Below, piece after piece: positions 57,257-64,000 of a DNA stretch of 64,000 bases. The notes under the pieces were generated by a model that saw only the letters and a program-made list of their open reading frames with translations, was not told where the DNA came from and ran no database searches. Source of the DNA: a virus. Lineage: Duplodnaviria; Heunggongvirae; Uroviricota; Caudoviricetes. The stretch's first letter is position 1. The number at the start of each line of letters is the position of its first letter. The position numbers and the translations under genes are program-made. Location: positions 1 to 64,000 of the IMG/VR virus record IMGVR_UViG_3300020050_013619; one strand, written 5' to 3'.

Positions 57257-57670
57257 ATGTCATCGTATCAAGCGCAAGGCACACTTATTAAAACTTTCCC
57301 AACGGAGCAAGTCTCCGACAAATTTCAAAAACGGTCGTTGTGGCTGCGTACTGAGGGGCAGTATGCACAGACGATTGAATTCCAATTGACCCAAACACGG
57401 TGCGATTTACTTGACCAATATGCCGAGGGGATGGAAGTTATCGTACACTTTGATTTGCAAGGTCGTATTTGGAGTGATCCACAGAAAGGCGAACGGGTAT
57501 TCAATACGCTCAATTGCTGGAAACTTGAACGTGTCGGCGCAGCGCATACAGCACAACCAATGCCATCAGCACCGATGCCGCAACCAACGTACCAACAGCC
57601 AACAATGCCCGAGCCGCAAAGCGATTTAGGACTTACAAATACCGACGGAGGTAATGACTTACCGTTTTGA
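57257..57670 (+). CDS. putative single-stranded DNA-binding protein (SSB-like, C-terminal DLPF tail)
   Basis: N-terminal ~100-aa globular part, Pro/Gln-rich linker, terminal GGNDLPF resembling the SSB acidic D-(I/L)-P-F tip. Confidence 0.45.
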   Translation: MSSYQAQGTLIKTFPTEQVSDKFQKRSLWLRTEGQYAQTIEFQLTQTRCDLLDQYAEGMEVIVHFDLQGRIWSDPQKGERVFNTLNCWKLERVGAAHTAQPMPSAPMPQPTYQQPTMPEPQSDLGLTNTDGGNDLPF

Positions 57671-57952
57671 CGTTTTTGTTAAAATTTGACAAAAATATAT
57701 AATCATTATATTTGCACACTTGAAAAAATTATGTATTTTTGCTCACAATTTTAACACAAAATAAAAACATTGATGCTCCGCTTGAAGCTCCGCATTGATA
57801 TGTTCATGGGATTATAATTTGTTGTTGGCGGGCTTTTACGCTTTTATGTAAAAGCCCATCTTTTGAAAAGTAGCCGAACGGCTTTTAAGATAGTTTTTGT
57901 GTTTATTTGTTTTTGATTAGTCGGCGATTGCCTTTGTGTAGTCGCAAACTTT

Positions 57953-58027
57953 AGGAAAGTAGCTTAAAGGTAGAGCATGAGGTAATATATAAACCAAAGA
58001 GCGTTGGTTCGAATCCAGCCTTTCCTA
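57953..58027 (+). tRNA. tRNA-like element with a non-canonical anticodon arm (possible pseudo-tRNA)
   Basis: 7-bp acceptor stem AGGAAAG/CTTTCCT, D-arm GCTT-AAAGGTA-GAGC, T-arm GTTGG-TTCGAAT-CCAGC; 26 nt between the D and T arms do not fold into a canonical anticodon stem. Confidence 0.4.
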
Positions 58028-58189
58028 CATGAGTGTTCGTCCATAGTAAGTTTGTAATAAGTTGTAAGGTAACGGTGGTTATTTGCTGCCGTTACTTTTT
58101 GAAAAGATGTAGATTGTTTTCATTTGGTTTTTTGGGGTTATACGAGCCGTTTTTTCGGAATTGTTAAAGCGGTTCGTTTTTTTAAAAAT

Positions 58190-58263
58190 GGCGGTGTGGA
58201 GTAATGGTAGCTTGCCGAGGCTCATAATCTCGGAGTGTGTAGGTTCGATGCCTGCTGCCGCCA
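58190..58263 (+). tRNA. tRNA-Met/Ile2-type (anticodon CAT)
   Basis: Acceptor GGCGGTG/TGCCGCC, anticodon arm CGAGG-CTCATAA-TCTCG, T-arm GTAGG-TTCGATG-CCTGC; strong similarity to bacterial tRNA-Met. Confidence 0.7.
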
Positions 58264-58386
58264 CAAGACAACTTGATGAAAGGGGCGTACGGTTTTTTGA
58301 ATGTTGGAATGGTTTGAATTCGCTGTTTCAATTTCTTAACGAACGTGGTTAGGATAAAAAAGACTAAACGCCCCGCTTTTTAAAAT

Positions 58387-58468
58387 TGCATAGATGCAGA
58401 TATTGGTTAGCCGCGCAGAGTACATTTCTCTGTCCGAGAGGTTGTAGGTTTGATTCCTGCCTATGCAA
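58387..58468 (+). tRNA. tRNA (isotype uncertain; loop TACATTT, long variable region)
   Basis: Acceptor TGCATAG/CTATGCA, T-arm GTAGG-TTTGATT-CCTGC, anticodon stem CAGAG/CTCTG; the D-stem has an A-C mismatch and the variable region is ~11 nt. Confidence 0.45.
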
Positions 58469-58686
58469 CAACGCATAACAACAAAGGGGCTGCACGTCAG
58501 AAGTGACTGCGACAAATTGAATTGAGCGAATAGGGTTGATTGCCGCATTTAAAAGCGGATATAGTACCATCGTTGGTCTTTGGCTTTTTCTGTTTATGCC
58601 ATTGAAGCACACCAAAACAGAGGATTCAAGGCGTTTAAGGCAGCCACATAATTTTTACTATTCACCAACTATAAATTAATTGAGAG

Positions 58687-59457
58687 ATGCAACAAAAAGA
58701 CATTATCGCCTTTGACTTAGAAACAACAGGCACAGAGATTTCCAAAAGTTATATCATCCAAATAGCTTTAAAAAAGTTGAGACCAACCGAATGCGGTTTT
58801 GACATTATTTCGCAGTGGCAAACGTACATTGAACCACCTATTGATATTCCACCAATCATCACTGAAATCACAGGCATCAGCAATGAGACCGTCAAAGGCG
58901 CACCGACGTTTGCCAGCATTGCGCAAGCTTTCGTCAATAAACTGAGGGGTTGCGATCTGATGACGTACAACGCAATGTCGTTGGACCTTCCGCTTTTAGC
59001 TGAAGAGTGTGACCGTGCAGGTGTGCAGTTTTTGAAACTCAACGAATTCAGATTGGTTGATCCGTATCAAATCTTCGTAAAGAATGAACCAAGGACTTTG
59101 GCAGGTGCGGTTAAATTTTATTGCCACGATACGTTGAGCGATGCGCACGATGCCATGAACGACGTGAATGCAATGATAAAAGTATTCAGCGAACAGCGTA
59201 GTCTTTACGGACTATCTGACGATGTGGCGTATTGGGCGGCAGAATCTAAGCCAGCAACCGATAAGGATTATGCGGATTTTTCGCGTAACCTGTATTGGGA
59301 AAATGACGAGCTGTATTACGGCTTTGGTAAGAATAAGGGGTCTAAAGTGGATGACAATTTGGGCTATGCCCAATGGGTATTGAACAATGAGTTTTCCGCT
59401 TCAACAAAAACCGTGCTTCGCGCCTGGATGAAACGTAAGACACCCGAACTTTTGTAG
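58687..59457 (+). CDS. DnaQ-like 3'-5' exonuclease (DEDDh family)
   Basis: Exo I AFDLETTG, Exo II YNAMSLDLPLL, Exo III HDAMNDVNAM. Confidence 0.7.
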   Translation: MQQKDIIAFDLETTGTEISKSYIIQIALKKLRPTECGFDIISQWQTYIEPPIDIPPIITEITGISNETVKGAPTFASIAQAFVNKLRGCDLMTYNAMSLDLPLLAEECDRAGVQFLKLNEFRLVDPYQIFVKNEPRTLAGAVKFYCHDTLSDAHDAMNDVNAMIKVFSEQRSLYGLSDDVAYWAAESKPATDKDYADFSRNLYWENDELYYGFGKNKGSKVDDNLGYAQWVLNNEFSASTKTVLRAWMKRKTPELL

Positions 59458-59505
59458 TTTTTGTAGTTTAAAAATCCTATTTTATAATTTCTCAACGGAA
59501 TATCA

Positions 59506-60228
59506 ATGGCAGTTCAATTATTTGTCACCGAGGTGACGCAGCAAACCAGCGGCGGCGATGTTTTCATCACCATCCAGCACGGTACGGACAATGCCGTATC
59601 AAAATCAAAAATAAAAGCAGATATTTTCCCTTCTGAATTTTTCGGATTTATCGGCAGTATGAACGACAATTTTAAAACCATTTGCGAATTGGGCGGTGAC
59701 ACCAATTATGCCATCACAGGTTTTAAAATTCGTGATGCAAAGTCAGGCAATCAAGAGATTCAGTTCGTCGTCAATATTCGCACCGATTATATTTTCTTTG
59801 AAAATGCCAAAACGGATTGGTTGGAAATCAGAGAAATTGACACGTCGCAATTGCAAGGCGGCAACTCATCGTATCGAGAAAAAGCCCGCGCCATCAACGC
59901 ATTGATTGACAATTTCAACAATTTACAACTTCTTATCAGAGACAATATCGCTGCATGGCTTGAAATGGAAAGTGAAGAACCACAATTAAGCCTTTTCGAC
60001 ACATCTAAAACCGAGAAACGGACACGTGAACTTTTGGCGGCACATGACGAGTATATGAAAGCAAAGGATTTACCCAATCCAATTGAGCAGTTTCACAAAG
60101 AGATGCAAGAAATGTCCGACAAGAACGGCACAACAATGACCATTTCATCTAATAAAAGCACAAAGTCAGTAACGTTCAAGCCAAAAAATGATGCGGAAAC
60201 GCTTGCTGCGCAATTAAACGAGATTTAG
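59506..60228 (+). CDS. hypothetical protein (240 aa)
   Basis: Leader motif TCAACGGAATATCA precedes the ATG directly. Confidence 0.45.
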   Translation: MAVQLFVTEVTQQTSGGDVFITIQHGTDNAVSKSKIKADIFPSEFFGFIGSMNDNFKTICELGGDTNYAITGFKIRDAKSGNQEIQFVVNIRTDYIFFENAKTDWLEIREIDTSQLQGGNSSYREKARAINALIDNFNNLQLLIRDNIAAWLEMESEEPQLSLFDTSKTEKRTRELLAAHDEYMKAKDLPNPIEQFHKEMQEMSDKNGTTMTISSNKSTKSVTFKPKNDAETLAAQLNEI

Positions 60229-60259
60229 AATCACTCTCTCTCAATAACTTTTGATTTTA

Positions 60260-60296
60260 AGGCTATCCCATCAAAGGATAGCCTTTTTTATTATTT
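60260..60296 (+). terminator. intrinsic terminator
   Basis: AAGGCTATCC...GGATAGCCTTTTTT. Confidence 0.6.
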
Positions 60297-60342
60297 TTTT
60301 TAAATATCTCAAAAAAACAGTTGCGAATTAAAAAAGTTCTGT

Positions 60343-60385
60343 TAAATTTGTGATTGAAATTAAATAATTCAACGGACTATCAATA
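60343..60385 (+). promoter_or_regulatory. early promoter plus leader motif
   Basis: TAAATTTGTGATTGAAATTAAATAATTCAACGGACTATCA. Confidence 0.5.
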
Positions 60386-60401
60386 TTACATCAATCGGAA
60401 A

Positions 60402-61232
60402 ATGGAAAAGAGGAAGAACGGCACGCTGTTAAAGTATCCCATTACGGACGAATTCCTTGAATTCATGCGTCAGAATTACTTAATCAAAACCAACAAGCAG
60501 TTATTGGAAATGATAAGTCAAAAGCCTGAATGGTCATGGTGTAATTTTGGCGCATTGACAGCGATTAAGCACCGTTACAGATTTATCAAGCAGGAGCAGG
60601 TGAATTACACGCCCGAAGAAATACAGTTTGTCAAGGACAACTATTTGACAATGGGCGATGTAGAAATGGCGCAAATTTTAGGACGCAAGTTCAAAAGCCT
60701 GCACAAATTACGGCGTGTCACTCTGAACTTGCACAGAGATAAAGAAAGTTTAGCAGTGCTTATGAAGCAAGTTGCCCAAAAAGGACACGAAGGCAGAGCG
60801 AGAAAGATGTCAGAAGGAACATTTTACAACCCACGTTACAGGCTTTTAGGCGAAATTTATAGAAATAAGTGCAGCCGTAATTATTGGCTCATAAAGCCCA
60901 GCAGCGATAAGCTGTCAAGACCGATTTATCTACATCGCTTCCTTTGGGAGCGTGAATTCGGTCCTGTTCCGAAAGGTTACGTGATTCGTTTTAAAAACGG
61001 CATCATCCCCGATGACCCCCTCAGTATCACAACCGATATTTTAGAGTGCGTTACAAATGGCGAACACGCTCAAAAAGTCACTCAATTGATGAGTGATAGA
61101 TACTTGGCTGGTCGCTTTCACTACAAAGTCAGAGGTATTGATTTGGCAGCATTGAAAGCATCGGGCTTACTGGATGCCAAACGCCAGCAAATAGAAATAA
61201 GTCGAAAAATTCATTCATTCAATAACAAATAA
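60402..61232 (+). CDS. HNH-like (possibly degenerate) endonuclease-domain protein (start adjusted to the ATG after the leader)
   Basis: IYLHRFLWEREFGPVPKGYVIRFKNG resembles the HNH_3 HR..we...G..p.g core, but the second His is not evident. Confidence 0.4.
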   Translation: MEKRKNGTLLKYPITDEFLEFMRQNYLIKTNKQLLEMISQKPEWSWCNFGALTAIKHRYRFIKQEQVNYTPEEIQFVKDNYLTMGDVEMAQILGRKFKSLHKLRRVTLNLHRDKESLAVLMKQVAQKGHEGRARKMSEGTFYNPRYRLLGEIYRNKCSRNYWLIKPSSDKLSRPIYLHRFLWEREFGPVPKGYVIRFKNGIIPDDPLSITTDILECVTNGEHAQKVTQLMSDRYLAGRFHYKVRGIDLAALKASGLLDAKRQQIEISRKIHSFNNK

Positions 61233-61243
61233 ATTTAGTCCTA

Positions 61244-61747
61244 ATGGCAAGTAAATTTGAGCTGACATCACAGCAAGAAAAGCGTATCAACGCATTATTA
61301 GAAAAAAGGGTACAATATAACGCAATGGAGATTGTACCAAAATCCTTTAAAATGATCCGCGACAGCAATCGCGAAACCGAAATGGCGAAACTCATTGTCG
61401 TTTCATCAGATTACCAAATCTTCGCCATCAACTTCGATGACATCAATATCTTCCTTGGTCAATGCCAGGTTCTTGGTGATGCAAAAAATATGGTCTCTTA
61501 TATTGCTCCATTAGCGGCGCAATTGCCACAAGTGCCACAAGTGCAGCAAGAGCTTCAATCGGTTAAGAAGTCGGACCTTGAAAAAATGCGCGATGGCTTG
61601 ATGGGTGTTTTTGAAGGCATTGAAAAAGAGGAAGATGATGAGAGATTGAACCGCAAACTAAAAAAAGCCAATGCTATGCAAAAAGCATCAGCGCAGGTTT
61701 TGCGTGTTGCAGGTATGGAGTTGACGATTAGGAAGTCTTTACAGTAG
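61244..61747 (+). CDS. hypothetical protein (167 aa)
   Basis: ORF only. Confidence 0.4.
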   Translation: MASKFELTSQQEKRINALLEKRVQYNAMEIVPKSFKMIRDSNRETEMAKLIVVSSDYQIFAINFDDINIFLGQCQVLGDAKNMVSYIAPLAAQLPQVPQVQQELQSVKKSDLEKMRDGLMGVFEGIEKEEDDERLNRKLKKANAMQKASAQVLRVAGMELTIRKSLQ

Positions 61748-61806
61748 CTTTTTTCCCCCCCTCAGTATTTTTTTTTCAATATCAACGGAGTATCAATATC
61801 TAACAA

Positions 61807-62859
61807 ATGTCAAAATTAAAAAAAGAAGTAGGGGTATTACACCCCGAACAAAAAGAACTTATAAGTCTCTTTGAACAAGCTGCTTATCGGCATTCCTATT
61901 GGGATACGTTCAATACGCTTCTCGACTACGGTATCAGTCAATACATCTTTACAGGCTTTACAAAATCCGATGATTTTCAATTCGACAGCAATTGGAATGA
62001 TAAGGAAATAGGGCTATTTCCTAAAATGCTGGATGAAGTCATCCGCTTAAACCGTGAACGGTGTCGTCTGTGGACAGGTCAAAGCGGTTGGTATGATGCC
62101 TTTGGGTGTTTATTTGAATCACTCGTTGGTAATTTTGGCAAATCCGCCATGGGTCAATTCTTCACACCTGAAGTTATGTGTGATTTAATGGCTCAAATAG
62201 TCATTGGTAGCAGTGATGGCGAGAACAGTATTGGTGAATTGGGCGACATCTTAACAGCTGTTGACGGTAATATCGGACGGCAAAAAACACAGTACAAACC
62301 CGAGACAATAGCCGAACCTGCCTGTGGTTCTGGTCGCTTAATACTTGCTGCCAACAATATCAACCCTGCGTTGTACATCGTCGCCAACGACCTTGATAAG
62401 GTGTGCGCCAAAATGTGCGCGCTCAATATGTGCCTAAACGGTGCTATTGGTGAGGTGAGTTGCAACGATGGTCTTTTTGCGACAGAAAACAATTTTAGAT
62501 TCGCTTACCGTGTTGTGCCACTTACTTCAATCATCACAGACAGTTTTTCTTCACTGCATTTTCTGAAAATGGTCATGCCAAGTGTGGTCAAGCAATACTG
62601 CTTAATACCTATGCAATTTAAGGATTGCCGCTACAACGATGAAAAAGTCTATGCCGAACAAAACAGGAAACATAAGGAGCAGCAAGAAAGTTTGGCGGCA
62701 ATGCGAGAGCAACACGACGCACATAGAAAAGCCATTCATCCAGATACTTTTCAAGGTGTTTTGTTTGAAGCGGAAAAAGTCGCCAAGGCAGCAAAACCCA
62801 AAGCGGCAAATAAGCAAGTTCAAAAAATATCTTTTGAACCATTACCAACACTGTTTTAA
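61807..62859 (+). CDS. N6-adenine DNA methyltransferase-like protein (HsdM/gamma-class N-terminal half, lacking a canonical NPPF/DPPY motif)
   Basis: FFTPEV motif, SAM motif I EPACGSG, CAKMCALNMCLNG (a.mN..l.G) as in HsdM-type MTases; no (N/D/S)PP(Y/F) found downstream. Confidence 0.55.
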   Translation: MSKLKKEVGVLHPEQKELISLFEQAAYRHSYWDTFNTLLDYGISQYIFTGFTKSDDFQFDSNWNDKEIGLFPKMLDEVIRLNRERCRLWTGQSGWYDAFGCLFESLVGNFGKSAMGQFFTPEVMCDLMAQIVIGSSDGENSIGELGDILTAVDGNIGRQKTQYKPETIAEPACGSGRLILAANNINPALYIVANDLDKVCAKMCALNMCLNGAIGEVSCNDGLFATENNFRFAYRVVPLTSIITDSFSSLHFLKMVMPSVVKQYCLIPMQFKDCRYNDEKVYAEQNRKHKEQQESLAAMREQHDAHRKAIHPDTFQGVLFEAEKVAKAAKPKAANKQVQKISFEPLPTLF

Positions 62860-62869
62860 CAGGCTTATA

Positions 62870-63112
62870 ATGACAAACAATAATCTCGTTATTTATCCTT
62901 TTGCGCCACGTGAAACGATTTTTTATTTTGAAGTCAAGTTACCGTATCAGAAGGGTGTGAATCAGTATTACAGAAAGATGGGTATTGTAGAAATTAAAAT
63001 CAATCCACGATATGGCGATAATGAGAAAACGGCATGGAATAAAATAAAAATGCTTTATCCACAGAGTAACGCTATTCATAAGTTTGTGAAAATGAAAGAA
63101 AGCGATACGTAA
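62870..63112 (+). CDS. hypothetical small protein (80 aa; start adjusted to ATG at 62870)
   Basis: The upstream in-frame portion of the track ORF overlaps the MTase-like gene; an ATG sits 10 nt after its stop. Confidence 0.35.
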   Translation: MTNNNLVIYPFAPRETIFYFEVKLPYQKGVNQYYRKMGIVEIKINPRYGDNEKTAWNKIKMLYPQSNAIHKFVKMKESDT

Positions 63113-63124
63113 AAAAATATAAAT

Positions 63125-63646
63125 ATGAAACTTGATGATTATTTAAGTATCGAAAATATTGCTAAAATCAATACAATAGAGCAATCATTTTTTAGCCAAA
63201 ATACAGGCGAATCTGCCAATAATTGCAACTGTAATGAGTGTCAAAATATGTGTCGTCGGTGCGCCTGTTTGGGTACACCTATTGATATTTTAAAACTGTG
63301 TGAAGCTGGTTATGCTGACAGATTATCTATGACTAAGTGGATGGTTGGTTATAACTGGGGCGCAGTTGTCAACGGTGCGCCAGTTGGACCAATAGACATG
63401 ATGCAAGCAACCATTAGACCCGATGGTTCATGTAATTTCTTTGACAAAGCAACAGGCAAATGTGAACTACATGATTTAGGCTTAAAGCCTACTGAGGGGG
63501 TGTGGTCTTCGTGTAAAAAAGATGTAGGCAACGGGAAGCCTACATTGCCATTGACATTGGCGGTTGCATTAACATGGCAGAGTAGTCACAACTTACCCGT
63601 GTGGTTAAAGATAATGCGATACACTAAAAGTTATGACAAAAAATAA
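63125..63646 (+). CDS. Cys-rich hypothetical protein (173 aa)
   Basis: NCNCNECQNMCRRCAC plus further Cys residues. Confidence 0.4.
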   Translation: MKLDDYLSIENIAKINTIEQSFFSQNTGESANNCNCNECQNMCRRCACLGTPIDILKLCEAGYADRLSMTKWMVGYNWGAVVNGAPVGPIDMMQATIRPDGSCNFFDKATGKCELHDLGLKPTEGVWSSCKKDVGNGKPTLPLTLAVALTWQSSHNLPVWLKIMRYTKSYDKK

Positions 63647-63758
63647 ATAATTTGCATAATTTGCAGCGTCAAAATTACTTATTTAATTTTGGCAAATATA
63701 AGCCTTTGGGCTTTCAACGGAATATCAATTATTTTCTCATCAACGGAATATCAATCAA

Positions 63759-64000
63759 TGAGCGTATTGACAAAACTCCTATCGTCAAAGGCTTTTATAG
63801 CCACGAATAAAGTAATTGCTCGCGGTTGCGGCTTGTATGAGGCTATTCTATTAGCCGAGCTGTGCCATTTGCAAGATTTTTTCAATGAATCAAATGGGCT
63901 GGATAATGAAGGTTATTTTTATCGGACAGCAATTGATTTAGAATTAGAAACAACCCTTTCTGAAAAGGTCCAAAAACAACCTTTGGAGAGATTAAAATCA
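63759..64000 (+). CDS. hypothetical protein, 5' portion (runs past the window end)
   Basis: Two tandem TCAACGGAATATCA copies precede the ATG at 63759; the ORF is open at the window end. Confidence 0.4.

Noticed and set aside
57953-58027. Reading the first tRNA-like element as a standard functional tRNA
   Set aside because: Acceptor, D- and T-arms are good, but I could not form a 5-bp anticodon stem from the 26 intervening nucleotides. I kept it only as tRNA-like or pseudo-tRNA.
62639-62869. 5' extension of ORF 62639..63112 overlapping the MTase-like gene
   Set aside because: The extension overlaps the preceding gene by 220 nt in another frame; an ATG at 62870 right after the upstream stop gives a non-overlapping 80-aa product.
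1-64000. CRISPR arrays, integrase and attachment sites
   Set aside because: No repeat-spacer periodicity was seen. No ORF shows tyrosine or serine recombinase signatures. The tRNA genes are internal to the phage sequence and not at a junction, so no integration module can be supported from this window.

Overview
The window reads as one contiguous ~64 kb piece of a contractile-tailed (myovirus-like) phage genome. Its promoters are Bacteroidetes-type, with the TAnnTTTG -7 element, so the host is probably a Flavobacteriia/Bacteroidetes bacterium. I saw no integrase, att site or CRISPR array.

Layout:
- 1-8.8 kb: early genes on mixed strands. They include an ASCH-like protein, a C5-cytosine methyltransferase with six tandem TRD-like repeats, and a DHH/DHHA1 phosphoesterase.
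- 9-11.5 kb: terminase small and large subunits.
- 11.5-14 kb: a block of small genes.
- 14-32 kb: late morphogenesis genes (portal fused to a MuF-like domain, scaffold, capsid, neck, fibre-like proteins, tail sheath and tube). A run of signal-peptide proteins, including a staphylococcal-nuclease homologue, sits between the neck and sheath genes.
- 32.4-34.5 kb: GroES-like co-chaperonin and dCTP deaminase.
- 35-38.5 kb: a minus-strand early-gene island that includes a PP-loop enzyme.
- 38.6-41.4 kb: baseplate genes (gpV-like spike, gpW/gp25-like, gpJ-like).
- 41.5-46.7 kb: a second minus-strand early-gene island, containing a tandemly triplicated paralog family.
- 46.9-49.3 kb: baseplate and fibre genes.
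- 49.4-52.2 kb: lysis cassette (lysozyme-like protein, spanin-like pair, membrane proteins).
- 52.4-64 kb: HU-like protein, an AT-rich non-coding region, then early replication and recombination genes. These include an ATPase, a PD-(D/E)xK nuclease, an SSB-like protein, three tRNA or tRNA-like genes, a DnaQ-type exonuclease, an HNH-like protein and an N6-methyltransferase-like protein without an NPPF motif.

Three sequence-level regularities stand out:
- The 9-10-mer CCCCTCAGTA occurs about 27 times, in both orientations and mostly inside genes. The chance expectation for a 9-mer here is below one.
- A leader motif TTCAACGGAATATCA lies directly upstream of roughly 20 start codons, in both early and late genes.
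- A conserved ~30-bp early-promoter box, GTTAAATTTGTGATTG-AATTAAATAA, precedes the early operons.

All functional calls come from motifs read by eye, with no database searches. Coordinates follow the supplied ORF track except where I state an adjusted start.
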